A DNA stretch of 64,000 nucleotides, taken from the NCBI GenBank assembly GCA_965224245.1, contig OZ245046.1, positions 2,048,001 through 2,112,000 on the forward strand. The letters are read 5' to 3'. Positions 40,011 to 49,673 of this stretch are shown piece by piece; position 1 is the first letter of the stretch, and each line of letters begins with the position of its first letter. The translations under genes were made by a program, and so were the position numbers. This stretch comes from Candidatus Eiseniibacteriota bacterium. Its GTDB lineage: Bacteria; Eisenbacteria; RBG-16-71-46; CAZAMP01. A model generated the notes under the pieces. That model saw only the letters and a list, made by a program, of their open reading frames with translations. It did not search any database and was not told the origin of the DNA.

Positions 40011-41810
40011 TCAGAGCCCTCGGACCGCGGCCAGCTCGGGGAAACGGTCGGCCAGGAAACCGCCGAGGAGCGACGCGACGTCCGCGGCGGTCGACATCCG
40101 CACCGCGCGAGTGGCCACGTCCCGGCTCTCGGCGTAGGAGATGGTGCGGATCACCTGCTTCACCTCGGGCAGTAGCGAGGGCGTCATCGACAGATCGTCG
40201 ATCCCCAGCCCCACCAGGAGCACGGTGGCCAGCGTGTCCGCCGCGAGCTCGCCGCACAGGCTGACCCGGCAGCCCTCCCGGTGGGCGGCCTCGACGGTGG
40301 CGTGAATGGCCCGGAGCACGCTCGGGTGCAGCGGATTGAACAGATAGCCGAGCTTGGCGTTGGTGCGATCGACGGCCAGCGCATACTGAGTCAGGTCGTT
40401 GGATCCGATGGAGAAAAAGTCCACCGAGCGAGCCAGCACGTCCGCCATCAGCACCGCGGCCGGCGTCTCGATCATGATCCCGATCGTGACGTGCCGATCG
40501 AACTCCACCCCCGCGTTCGTGAGCTCCTGCATCACCGCGTCGAGATGTTCGCGCACGCGATCGAGCTCCTCGGGCGTCGTGATCATGGGGAACAGGAGGC
40601 GGACCGGGCCGAACGCGCTCGCCCGGAGCGCGGCGCGCAGCTGCGCGCGGAACACGTCCTCGTGTCCCAGGAGATAGCGAATCCCCCGGAGTCCGAGAAA
40701 CGGGTTCTTCTCTCGATCGGCGCCGATGTACGACGCGAACTTGTCGCCGCCGACGTCGAGCGTCCGGATCACCACCGGCTTGGGCGACAGCAGCTCGAGC
40801 GCCCGCCGGTAGATCGCGAACTGCTCGTCCTCGGACGCGAGGTGCGCGCGCTGCATCAACAGGAACTCGGTGCGGAACAGTCCGACGCCGCTGGCCCCGT
40901 AGCGATGCACGGCGTCGATCTCGAGCGGCATCTCGATGTTCGCCAGGAGGTGGATCTCGCGCCCGTCGGTGGTGACCGACGGCATCTCGCGTGACAGCTC
41001 CAGACGATCCATCATCTCGGCGTAGTGACGGCGCACGCGTTCGTACCGGCGCTCGTCCTCGTCGGTGGGATCGAGGATCAGCCGACCCCGCCAGCCGTCG
41101 AGGATCGCGCGACCACCGGCCGCGGTCTCGTCCAGAAGGTTCTCGATGCCGAACACGGCGGGTAGCCCGCGCGCGCGGGCCATGATCGCGGCGTGCGCGG
41201 TGGCGCCGCCCCGCTCGGTCGCGAGCCCCCGCGCGCTCGTGCCCGCGACCGCCACCGTGTCGCCGGGAGTCAGCTCGCGTGCGACGATGATGGCATCCTC
41301 GGCCGACACGGTGAGCCCGTCACGATCGTCCTCGGCCAGCCGCCGCAGGACGCGCCGCTTGACGTCGCGGATGTCGGCCGCGCGCTCGCGAAACAGCCCG
41401 CTCTGCATGCGATCGAACGTCTCGAGCACGCGGAGCACGTTCTGACGGAAGGCATACCCGGCGTTCCGGCGATGCTCTCGGATGTCGGTCTCGGTCGCAT
41501 CGATGGCCAGGGGGTCGCTCAGGATCATCAGCTGTGCATCGAAGATCTCGGCGGACTCCGCCCCCAGCTCCTCCACCATCGCGTCGCGCAGGCCCGAGAT
41601 CTCGTCGATGACGGCGCCCACCGCGGCCCGGAAGCGATCGATCTCCGCGTCGACGCCGTCGGCCTCGATCAGGAACTCGCCCACCACGACCTCGTTGGGC
41701 TCGGCGGTCGCGATGTCGCCGATGGCGATCCCGGGGGAAACCGCGATGCCGTGAAGCACGCGCCGGCCGCTGCCGGCGCCCCCGGCTCCGGGAGTGACGC
41801 CGGCGGTCAC
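40011..41810 (-). CDS. ptsI: PEP-protein phosphotransferase (PTS enzyme I)
   Basis: GGATAHAAIMAR (phospho-His), GLFRTEF, NPFLGLRGIR and SIGSNDLTQY motifs. Confidence 0.95.
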   Translation of the reverse strand: MTAGVTPGAGGAGSGRRVLHGIAVSPGIAIGDIATAEPNEVVVGEFLIEADGVDAEIDRFRAAVGAVIDEISGLRDAMVEELGAESAEIFDAQLMILSDPLAIDATETDIREHRRNAGYAFRQNVLRVLETFDRMQSGLFRERAADIRDVKRRVLRRLAEDDRDGLTVSAEDAIIVARELTPGDTVAVAGTSARGLATERGGATAHAAIMARARGLPAVFGIENLLDETAAGGRAILDGWRGRLILDPTDEDERRYERVRRHYAEMMDRLELSREMPSVTTDGREIHLLANIEMPLEIDAVHRYGASGVGLFRTEFLLMQRAHLASEDEQFAIYRRALELLSPKPVVIRTLDVGGDKFASYIGADREKNPFLGLRGIRYLLGHEDVFRAQLRAALRASAFGPVRLLFPMITTPEELDRVREHLDAVMQELTNAGVEFDRHVTIGIMIETPAAVLMADVLARSVDFFSIGSNDLTQYALAVDRTNAKLGYLFNPLHPSVLRAIHATVEAAHREGCRVSLCGELAADTLATVLLVGLGIDDLSMTPSLLPEVKQVIRTISYAESRDVATRAVRMSTAADVASLLGGFLADRFPELAAVRGL

Positions 41811-42121
41811 GACGCCCGCCCTTCGGCGGCTCGCGACTTCTCGACGTCGAGGACCTCGTCGTCGAACTCCGAGGCGAACAGACGCTCGATCGCACCGACG
41901 GCCAGCTCCTCGTCCTCGCCGTCCGCGGAGATCGTCAGACGCGTGCCCGTGATCGCGGCCAGCATCAGGATGCCCATGATGCTCTTGCAGTCGACGCTCT
42001 GGTTGGCGCCGTCGGTCAGTGCGATGCGGCTCCGGAAGCGCGCGGCCAGGCTGGCCAGCATGCTCGCCGGGCGCGTGTGGAGCCCGGGGTCGTTCAGGAC
42101 GACGACGTCTCGCTCAACCAT
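41807..42121 (-). CDS. ptsH: HPr phosphocarrier
   Basis: GLHTRPA (His15) and KSIMGIL (Ser46). Confidence 0.94.
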   Translation of the reverse strand: MVERDVVVLNDPGLHTRPASMLASLAARFRSRIALTDGANQSVDCKSIMGILMLAAITGTRLTISADGEDEELAVGAIERLFASEFDDEVLDVEKSRAAEGRAS

Positions 42122-42123
42122 CG

Positions 42124-44259
42124 TCACACCCCGGCATCGTCGCCCTCGGCCGCGGTGACCGGCTCGGGGACACGTGCGTCGGTGGACAGGATCTCGAGCG
42201 ACGCGCGCAACGTGACGCGGCCGCGATCGGGCACCAGCGGCCAGACCAGAAACACCCGCGTGGACTGGAACACGCGGGTCGGAGCATGTCCGTTCAGCGA
42301 CACCGTCTCGATCGGGAAGCGCAGCACGCGCACCCGCGGCTCCAGCGAGACGTTGACCTCGAAGCCTCTGCGCTCGTCGACGATCCCCCACCGGTCGACG
42401 TCGGGGATCTCGTCCTCGGTCCCGATGTCGTGCGACTCGCCTTCTGCGAATCGCATGTAGCGCCCGGCGCGTCCCGGGGCGCCCAGGCCGAACGTCCACT
42501 CCGTGGCGTACTGCATCCACCCGTCCGGCAGACCGTCGGGGAACGCGAGATGCCACACGACGTCGAAGCGTGCCCGCTCGGGATCGAGAACGACCTCGCG
42601 CTCGATCTCGACCACCGAGCTCTCGACCCGGCAGTTCGCGAAGAGGCGCAGCCGACCGGGCCCCTCGCGCTCCCACTCGTAGCGGGTGCGGGCGGGCGGC
42701 GCGCTGAGGGTGCGGAGGTCCTTGATCGTGGCCAGGGTCACGTCGTCGTCGAACACGTGATCGCGGAGGCTGTACAGCGGGAAGGGATCGTAGTTCAGGT
42801 ACGAGGCCAGGTCGCTCTTCGACTGGCGGCGGCGCCCGCCCTTCGAGCCCGATGCGTCATCGCGCCGCTCCCGGATCGCCGAGTGGTACGACTCCTCGCG
42901 ACGTGCGACCGTGTCGCACAGGTTCACCGCCCTGGGCTTCAGGTCCAGCGCGATCAGCGTGCCGCCGTCGTGGGGCGCCAGCGTCAGCGCCAGCTCGCGG
43001 TTCTCGACCACGACCTCGTCGTCTCCGTCCAGGTCGATGTCGCGATGACTGAAGCGCTGGAACGGCTCGTCGCCGTGCTCCATCCGATCCATCAGCTCCC
43101 AGGCGCGGATCTGGTTGGTGAACACGGCGCGACGCAGCTGCGGCGCGTACACGCCCCCGTGTACGCCGTGCCAGTACGCGCCGTGACTCAGCGAGCGCCA
43201 GACCAGTCGCCGTGCCTCGGCGACCCGTTCGGGATCGGCCCCGCGATCCTCCAGCGCCTGCACCCGACGCAGGAGATCCAGGCCGCGCTTGTGCATCCAG
43301 TTGGCCTCGGGGTAGCGCACGAGAAAGTTGCGCCAGTAGCCCATACCGAGGAATCGATCGAGTCCGTTGCCTTCCTGCTCCAGACGCGTGCGCAGCGAGT
43401 GATGGCGGCGCTGTGCCTCGGGGGGGATGGACCACTCCATCATCTCGCCGTACGTTCCGGTGGGCAGGTAGAGCTGCCCGGCGGCCTCGACGCCCTCGAC
43501 CACCTCTTCCAGCGTGCACGTCTGGAGTCGATGGTGCTCGCGCTCGAGAAGCGCGAAGAAACGGGAGAGCCAGCGTCCCTCCTGGACGCGCTCGAACGAG
43601 CCCGGCCACGCGCCGAACTTGGCGCCGTCGTCGGCGAAGACGGCCACCCTTCCGCCGCCGGTCTGGCGCTTCAGGAGCTGCGCGACGACCTCCTCGGGCT
43701 TCGCCGCGGGGATGAGATCGCGGAGGCTCCGCGGGACCGGAAAGACGCGGATGGGCATTCCCTCGTCCTCGGTCACGAACGAGTCGTACAGGCGCTTGTC
43801 GAGCACACCGATCCGCAGAAACGGCGTGTCGTCCAGCGGCATGTACTCGATGCCCGCCTGGCCGATGACCTTGGGCAGGGACGGCTCCCAGACGCGCTCG
43901 GCGAGCCACAGCCCCCTGGGCACGACGCCGAAGGTGCGCTCGATCAGCTCCTGGTGGGCGCGGATCTGCGCGACGCGCTCGCGCTCGGGGATGATCGCGA
44001 GAATGGGTTCGAAGATCGGCGACGAGAGCAGCTCGACCTGTCCCCGGTCGACCAGCTGCGAGAGGAGCTCCACGTACGCGGGCCGGCTGGCGATGAGCCA
44101 CTCGAGCAGCGAGCCCGAGTTGTGGAGAACCACGCGAATCGACGGATGCTCGGAGATGGTCACGAGGACCGGCCAGTACGCGCGCTCGTACGCCTCCTCC
44201 ACGGCGCGGCGGGACTGCCCTTCGGGCTGGTGGTTGTGCAAGCAGAACACGAACCTCAT
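42124..44259 (-). CDS. GH57 alpha-amylase/4-alpha-glucanotransferase family protein (DUF1925/DUF1926 C-terminus)
   Basis: HNHQP, WLAERVWEP, ADDGAKFGAWPG, YLPTGTYGEM, WRNFLVRYPEANWMHKR and AYWHGVHGG motifs. Confidence 0.88.
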   Translation of the reverse strand: MRFVFCLHNHQPEGQSRRAVEEAYERAYWPVLVTISEHPSIRVVLHNSGSLLEWLIASRPAYVELLSQLVDRGQVELLSSPIFEPILAIIPERERVAQIRAHQELIERTFGVVPRGLWLAERVWEPSLPKVIGQAGIEYMPLDDTPFLRIGVLDKRLYDSFVTEDEGMPIRVFPVPRSLRDLIPAAKPEEVVAQLLKRQTGGGRVAVFADDGAKFGAWPGSFERVQEGRWLSRFFALLEREHHRLQTCTLEEVVEGVEAAGQLYLPTGTYGEMMEWSIPPEAQRRHHSLRTRLEQEGNGLDRFLGMGYWRNFLVRYPEANWMHKRGLDLLRRVQALEDRGADPERVAEARRLVWRSLSHGAYWHGVHGGVYAPQLRRAVFTNQIRAWELMDRMEHGDEPFQRFSHRDIDLDGDDEVVVENRELALTLAPHDGGTLIALDLKPRAVNLCDTVARREESYHSAIRERRDDASGSKGGRRRQSKSDLASYLNYDPFPLYSLRDHVFDDDVTLATIKDLRTLSAPPARTRYEWEREGPGRLRLFANCRVESSVVEIEREVVLDPERARFDVVWHLAFPDGLPDGWMQYATEWTFGLGAPGRAGRYMRFAEGESHDIGTEDEIPDVDRWGIVDERRGFEVNVSLEPRVRVLRFPIETVSLNGHAPTRVFQSTRVFLVWPLVPDRGRVTLRASLEILSTDARVPEPVTAAEGDDAGV

Positions 44260-44756
44260 GTGCCCTCGATCCTCTCGTTCACCGCGTGCACGCTCGGGAG
44301 CGGCACGGCATCGTCGCCCGGGAGCGCCCGAAACGTGCTTCGTATGCCGGCCGTGGCCAGGCGCTCGAACGCGGCCGCCTCGGCGCGCGTCAGCTGTAGA
44401 TCGTCGCGGAAGCGCACCCGATCCGGGGCCGCGTGCAGGCCGCCGACGTTGATCTCATGCACCCGCACCCCTCGCTCGACCAGCGCTTCGACCGCCTCGG
44501 GTCCGCGCACCAGCACCAGCGTGACCGGGGCGTCGAACCGCCCCGCCGCGTAGGCCGTGGTGAACGCGTCGATCGTGATCACCTCGACCGGAACGTCGTC
44601 GGGCGCCGATGCCTCGTACACCTCGCGCTCCCACGCGTCCGCGGCCGCGCGGTCGTCGGCCACGACGATCCGATCGAGCGCCATCGTCGGCACCCACCCG
44701 TGGGAGACCTGACCGTGAAGCAGGCGATCGTCGACCCGCACCAGTGCGATCGGCAC
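44256..44756 (-). CDS. PTS mannose/sorbose family EIIB
   Basis: LVRVDDRLLHGQV and INVGG motifs. Confidence 0.92.
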   Translation of the reverse strand: MPIALVRVDDRLLHGQVSHGWVPTMALDRIVVADDRAAADAWEREVYEASAPDDVPVEVITIDAFTTAYAAGRFDAPVTLVLVRGPEAVEALVERGVRVHEINVGGLHAAPDRVRFRDDLQLTRAEAAAFERLATAGIRSTFRALPGDDAVPLPSVHAVNERIEGT

Positions 44757-44757
44757 G

Positions 44758-45153
44758 TCAGCCGCTCTCCGTGCGGGCGTCGTGAATCCCGCGCCGTCCC
44801 TTCATGATGACGCGCTCCACGAGCGCCCCGGCCTCCAGCCGGGCGCGATAGTGACAGAACTCGAGCAGCATGGGAAGGTTGACCCCGGCAACACTCTGAC
44901 ATCGTGTGTGTTGCGAGGCCAGGAGCCGGCACGCGGTCTCGCAGCTGCCTCCCGCGAGGTCGGTGAAGAGGACCAGGTCGTCGCCCGGCCCGAGCGCCTC
45001 GATGGCGCCCTCTACCCGCTCGCGGATCGCGTCGGCCGAGAGCCCGGCGTTGGAGATGACGTTCACGCCGTCCTGGGGCCCGAGAAAGCCCTCCACCGCC
45101 TCCACGAGCGCCTCACCCACGCGGCCGTGTGTGACGAGGAGCGCGCGGATCAC
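44758..45153 (-). CDS. PTS mannose/fructose family EIIA
   Basis: LLVTHG, FTDLAGGS and GVNLPML motifs. Confidence 0.92.
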   Translation of the reverse strand: MIRALLVTHGRVGEALVEAVEGFLGPQDGVNVISNAGLSADAIRERVEGAIEALGPGDDLVLFTDLAGGSCETACRLLASQHTRCQSVAGVNLPMLLEFCHYRARLEAGALVERVIMKGRRGIHDARTESG

Positions 45154-45193
45154 CGCCGGCCTCTCCGCCCGAGGGGCCGCGGCCCGCGGCGCG

Positions 45194-46168
45194 TCACTCG
45201 CGATCCCCGCGCGCGATGGCCTGGAACTGCAGGCGCTTCTTCTGCTCCATCGTGCGCAGAAGGCGCTCGGAGAAGGCCTGCGCCGGATTGTACCCGTAGG
45301 CCTTCACGAGATAGTTCAGCGCGATGACCTCGGCGATGACCGTGATGTTCTTGCCCGGGAAAATGGGAATCTCGACCATCGGGATCTCGACCCCGAGGAT
45401 CCGGGCGGTCTTGTTCTCGAGCCCCAGACGTTCGTAGTCCTCGCTGGAGTCCCAGTCCCGGAGATTGACCTCGACCTCGACGCGCTTCTGTCCGCGGATA
45501 GCCCGGATTCCGAACACGGCCTGCACGTCGATGATCCCCAGTCCGCGGATCTCCACGTGGTGGGTGACGACCGCGTTCGAGGCCCCGATCAGGATGTTGT
45601 CCTGGACCCGCTTGATCGACACGATGTCGTCGGCGACCAGCCGGTGGCCGCGCTCGACGAGATCCAGTGCACACTCGCTCTTGCCGATGGCCGAGCGCCC
45701 GGTGAACAGGAGCCCCACGCCGTACACGTCGACCAGGCTCGCGTGCACGCTCAGCTCGGGCGCGAACGCCTCCTCGAGGATCGCCGCCAGTCGATGCTGG
45801 AAGGTCGTCGTGCCCAGCTCGGTCTGGAACAGCGGCGTTCCCGAGCGGTTCGCCTCCTGGATGAGGAGATCCTGGGCGGACGTGGTGTGCGCCACCACCA
45901 CGCACGGCATCTTGAACGAGAAGAGCCGCTCGATGGCGATGCGCTGGTTGTCGGCATCGAGCGACGACAGGTACGCCTGCTCGACCTCGCCCAGAACCTG
46001 CACGCGTTCGCTGAGGAACGACTCCCGATACCCCGCCAGAAGCAGCCCGGGTCGATTGAGGTCGGACTGGGTGATCGGGATGGGCCCCTCGACCTGCTCG
46101 GTGAGGGCGTTGAGCGAGAGCTCGGAGCGATGATCCTCATAAAACTGGGAGACGCTGATGGTCTTCAT
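45194..46168 (-). CDS. hprK: HPr(Ser) kinase/phosphorylase
   Basis: NRPGL, GRSAIGKSECALDL, HRLVADD and EIRGLGII motifs. Confidence 0.96.
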   Translation of the reverse strand: MKTISVSQFYEDHRSELSLNALTEQVEGPIPITQSDLNRPGLLLAGYRESFLSERVQVLGEVEQAYLSSLDADNQRIAIERLFSFKMPCVVVAHTTSAQDLLIQEANRSGTPLFQTELGTTTFQHRLAAILEEAFAPELSVHASLVDVYGVGLLFTGRSAIGKSECALDLVERGHRLVADDIVSIKRVQDNILIGASNAVVTHHVEIRGLGIIDVQAVFGIRAIRGQKRVEVEVNLRDWDSSEDYERLGLENKTARILGVEIPMVEIPIFPGKNITVIAEVIALNYLVKAYGYNPAQAFSERLLRTMEQKKRLQFQAIARGDRE

Positions 46169-46222
46169 GGGGCTCTCTTCGGGGCCGCGTCGAGCCGTGC
46201 CCGATCGCGCCCCCGAGACGTC

Positions 46223-46594
46223 CTAGTCGGTTTCGGCGGCCTCGCCCGCCTCGGACTCGGCTTGCTTGGCCGCGATCACCGAGCTGGTCGACTCGGCCTT
46301 CTCGCGCCGATCGACGAGCTTGTTCTTGTGCTTCTTGACCTGGCGCTCGAGTCGGTCGATCGCGCCGTCGATCGACGTCACGACGTCGGTGGTCTCCTCG
46401 CGGCTCACGAGGTCGGGGCCTCCGGCCACCTTCAGCGAGATCTCGGTCTGGTAGCGGAACTTCTCCTTGGTGATCGTCACGGTGGCATCGAATATCTTGC
46501 CGAAGTAGCGATCGAGGCGCTGCAGCTTCTCCTCGGCGTGCTCGCGTGTCTTCGGACTCAGCTCGAAATGGCGTGCCGTGGTCGTGATGTCCAT
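46223..46594 (-). CDS. hpf: ribosome hibernation promoting factor (RaiA/HPF)
   Basis: MDITTTARHFEL...KLQRLDRYF...AIDRLERQVKKHK; downstream of rpoN. Confidence 0.9.
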   Translation of the reverse strand: MDITTTARHFELSPKTREHAEEKLQRLDRYFGKIFDATVTITKEKFRYQTEISLKVAGGPDLVSREETTDVVTSIDGAIDRLERQVKKHKNKLVDRREKAESTSSVIAAKQAESEAGEAAETD

Positions 46595-46693
46595 CGGAGC
46601 GTCCTCTCCTTCTGCGACTCGATCCGCCGGGTTCTCGTCGCGTCGCGACCGGTTCGGCGAAACACTCACACGATCGGCGACCCGATCACGCGC

Positions 46694-48103
46694 TCAGAAC
46701 CGCTTCCGGTAGCGCGCGGTCGGGATGCCGAGTTGCTCACGATACTTCGCGACCGTGCGCCGCGCGATGCGCACGCCGCGGTCGCCCAGGATGTCGGCGA
46801 TCTTCTGATCGGACAGCGGGCGTTGCTTGTCCTCCTCGTCGATCAGCTGCGAGATGATGTCTCGGGCGGAGCGGGCGCTCATGTCGCCGCCGTCGTGGCG
46901 GGCGATGGCGGCCGAGAAGAAGTACTTCAGCTCGAAGACCCCGCGCGGCGTCTGCACGTACTTCCCGCGGGTGACCCGGCTCACCGTGGACTCGTGCATC
47001 CCGATGCGATCGGCGATCTGGCTCAGGGTGAGCGGCTTCAGATGGCTGACACCCTTCTCGAAGAACTCGCTCTGCACGTCCACGATGCAGGTCATGACCT
47101 TGATCATCGTCTTCCGGCGCTGCTCGATCGTCTGGATGAGCCACCTCGCGCTGTTGAGCTTGCCCTCGATGTACTCGCGTGCGCCGTCGGCGTCCTTGCC
47201 GCCGCGCAGGACGCTCTCGTACGCCGAGCTGATGCGGATGCGCGGCACGTTGCGATCGTTCAAGTAGACCTCGTACTTGCCGCTGACGCGCTCGACGACC
47301 AGATCGGGGATCACGTACCGCGGGTCCTCGGATTCGATCTCGCCGCCGGGGTTCAGGCTCAGCATGGCGAGATGATCCTTGGCCAGCTGGACGTCCTCGT
47401 CGGAGACCGACAGGGCACGGGCGATCTCGTGGTGTCGGTTCTTGAGCATGTCGTCGTAGTGATCGTGAATGATCTGGTAGGCGAGCGTGTCGTCCTCGCC
47501 GCGAACCCGGAGCTGGATCAGGAGCCCCTCGCGGTGATCGCGCGCCCCGACGCCCGCGGGCTCGAAGGTCTGAATGACGGCCAGCACGTTCTCGAGCTGC
47601 TCGACCGTCCATCCCGACGTCTCGGCGATCGTCTCCAGCGGCTCGACCAGGAAGCCCCGCTCGTCCAGCGATCCGATCAGGTACTCGCCGATCTCGAGCG
47701 CCTCGGCATCGCCGACGCCGAGCCGCAGCTGACCCAGGAGGTGCTCGTGCAGCGATACCTCGGTCACGCGGACCTTCTCGAAGAACTCGGTGTCCTCGGA
47801 CTCGCGACGCACCGCCGCCATGTCTCGGTCGTCCTGGTAGAACTCGGCCCAGTCGGGCTCGGTGCGGTCCTCGGGACGCTCCTTGTCGTCGGGCGTCAGC
47901 TGCTCTTCCTGGACCTTCTCCGTCTCCTCGTTCTCGAGATTGAGATCGACCTCCTCGAGAATCGGGTTCGTCAGGATCTCTTCCTTGAGCATCTGCTCGA
48001 GCTCGAGCGCGGGCATCTGGAGGATCTTCAGCGCCTGCTGAAGCCGGGGGGTCATGATGAGCTGCTGGCTCTGTCGGAGCTGCAGCCCAGGCTTCATTTC
48101 CAT
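46694..48103 (-). CDS. rpoN: RNA polymerase sigma-54 factor
   Basis: QQLIMTPRLQQALKILQ, HESTVSRV and the RpoN box ARRTVAKYRE. Confidence 0.97.
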   Translation of the reverse strand: MEMKPGLQLRQSQQLIMTPRLQQALKILQMPALELEQMLKEEILTNPILEEVDLNLENEETEKVQEEQLTPDDKERPEDRTEPDWAEFYQDDRDMAAVRRESEDTEFFEKVRVTEVSLHEHLLGQLRLGVGDAEALEIGEYLIGSLDERGFLVEPLETIAETSGWTVEQLENVLAVIQTFEPAGVGARDHREGLLIQLRVRGEDDTLAYQIIHDHYDDMLKNRHHEIARALSVSDEDVQLAKDHLAMLSLNPGGEIESEDPRYVIPDLVVERVSGKYEVYLNDRNVPRIRISSAYESVLRGGKDADGAREYIEGKLNSARWLIQTIEQRRKTMIKVMTCIVDVQSEFFEKGVSHLKPLTLSQIADRIGMHESTVSRVTRGKYVQTPRGVFELKYFFSAAIARHDGGDMSARSARDIISQLIDEEDKQRPLSDQKIADILGDRGVRIARRTVAKYREQLGIPTARYRKRF

Positions 48104-48202
48104 CTGTGGCTTCCGTTCCTCCGCGACGGCGACGGCCGCCATCGTCGGACGACCCCGCGTCCGGGCGCGGCGCCGGGTCGACACGAGAGCGTCACTCCGG
48201 CG

Positions 48203-48937
48203 CTAGAGCCGAAACGCCGCTCCCAGATAGAGCTTTCTGGCCGTGGGGTCGTTCGCGAGCTCCTCGGGCGACCCCGAGATGAGTATGCGGCCTTCGAACA
48301 TCAGGTACGCTCGATCGGTCGTGTTGAGCGTCTCACGGACGTTGTGATCGGTTATGAGCACTCCGAGACCGCGTCTCTTCAGGTCGCCGACGATCTGTTG
48401 AATATCGGCGACCGCGATCGGATCGATACCGACAAACGGTTCGTCTAGCAAGATGAAAGATGGCTTCGTCACCAGCACACGCGCGATCTCGACGCGGCGG
48501 CGTTCGCCGCCGGACAGCTGATACCCGCGACGATCCACGATGTGACCGATGTCGAGCTCCTCGAGCGCTTGCTGGAGTCGCGAGGCGCGCGCCTCGCGGT
48601 CCAGATCGAGCGTCTCCAGGATCGCCATCACGTTGTCACGCACCGTGAGTTTACGAAAAATCGAGGGCTCTTGGGCGAGATATCCAATCCCGAGCCTCGC
48701 GCGGCGATGCATGGCGAGATCGGTGATGTCGCGCCGGTCCAGGTAGATGCGCCCGCCGTCGGGGCGCTCGTTCCCGACGATCATTCGAAACGTCGTCGTC
48801 TTGCCCGCGCCGTTGGGGCCCAAGAGCCCCACCACCTCGCCGGGCTCGACGGCGAGATCGACCTCGCGCACCGCCTCCAGCTTCCCGTACCGCTTGACGA
48901 GCTGTTCGACCTCGAGCGCTCGTGTCGTCGTGTCCAC
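48203..48937 (-). CDS. lptB: LPS export ABC transporter ATP-binding protein
   Basis: GPNGAGKTT, YLAQEPSIF, LSGGERRRVE, DEPF and TDHNVRETL motifs. Confidence 0.96.
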   Translation of the reverse strand: MDTTTRALEVEQLVKRYGKLEAVREVDLAVEPGEVVGLLGPNGAGKTTTFRMIVGNERPDGGRIYLDRRDITDLAMHRRARLGIGYLAQEPSIFRKLTVRDNVMAILETLDLDREARASRLQQALEELDIGHIVDRRGYQLSGGERRRVEIARVLVTKPSFILLDEPFVGIDPIAVADIQQIVGDLKRRGLGVLITDHNVRETLNTTDRAYLMFEGRILISGSPEELANDPTARKLYLGAAFRL

Positions 48938-48944
48938 GCGCCAC

Positions 48945-49673
48945 CTACTCCGGGACGCCGACACCGCCGGTGCCGTCGGGGTCCGTGTCTCGGTCGGGAG
49001 CACCGTCGAGCGCATCGTCGTCCTCGATCACCGTGCCCTCGAAGTCCTCGAGGATCTCGAACGAATCCAGCTCGGGATCGGAGACGAGCCCGACCCCGGT
49101 GTACAGGTTTCGGCCTTGCACGATCCGGACGGCCGCATCGCTTCGGATGAGGCGGTCGCGCTCGTTCCACTCCAGAACCTCGGTCTCCAGGCGCTCCCCG
49201 TCGGGCGTGATCACGACGACGTTCGAGCGCGCGACCAGACGCCGCGTGGGGCCGGTCACCTCACCCTCGTCCGCGGTCAGCGTGGAGGACAGCTCGCCGT
49301 CGGAGTCGAAGAATCGAACGGTCACGCCGTGCAGCTCGGTGTGTGGCGGATCCTCGTGCTGGCGCGCCTCTTCGGCCTCGAGCTCCCACTTCGTGCGCCC
49401 GAGCTCGGTCTCTCGCACGCGGAGGCCCCAGCTCTGCTGGGACGTGCTCAGCGTGTCGGTCACCGGCGAGGTCGCCTCGGGGTCGCGCGCGCATCCGAGC
49501 AACGCCAGCACCAGCGCCGAGCTCGTCACCACGACCCGGACCGTGATGACCCGGGCCGCGACCACGCGGGCCCCGACTGCGCGGGCCGCGATCGCGCGTG
49601 CGGGTGTCCGCGCGCGATGCGGCCTCATCGGACCGCGCGCGTCAGGCGGGAGGCGCATCTTTCCACCGTTCAT
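48945..49673 (-). CDS. lptC: LPS export periplasmic protein LptC
   Basis: Hydrophobic segment with LLGC; jellyroll motifs LTADEG, NVVV, LETEVLEW, IRSDAAVRI. The true start is probably downstream of 49673. Confidence 0.8.
   Translation of the reverse strand: MNGGKMRLPPDARGPMRPHRARTPARAIAARAVGARVVAARVITVRVVVTSSALVLALLGCARDPEATSPVTDTLSTSQQSWGLRVRETELGRTKWELEAEEARQHEDPPHTELHGVTVRFFDSDGELSSTLTADEGEVTGPTRRLVARSNVVVITPDGERLETEVLEWNERDRLIRSDAAVRIVQGRNLYTGVGLVSDPELDSFEILEDFEGTVIEDDDALDGAPDRDTDPDGTGGVGVPE

Noticed and set aside
44906-48448. Very long plus-strand ORFs (this 1180-aa one, also 48922-51888, 35987-38608, 42019-44553 and others)
   Set aside because: They are antisense or alternate-frame shadows of well-supported genes. 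Stop codons are rare at this GC content and the translations have no family motifs.
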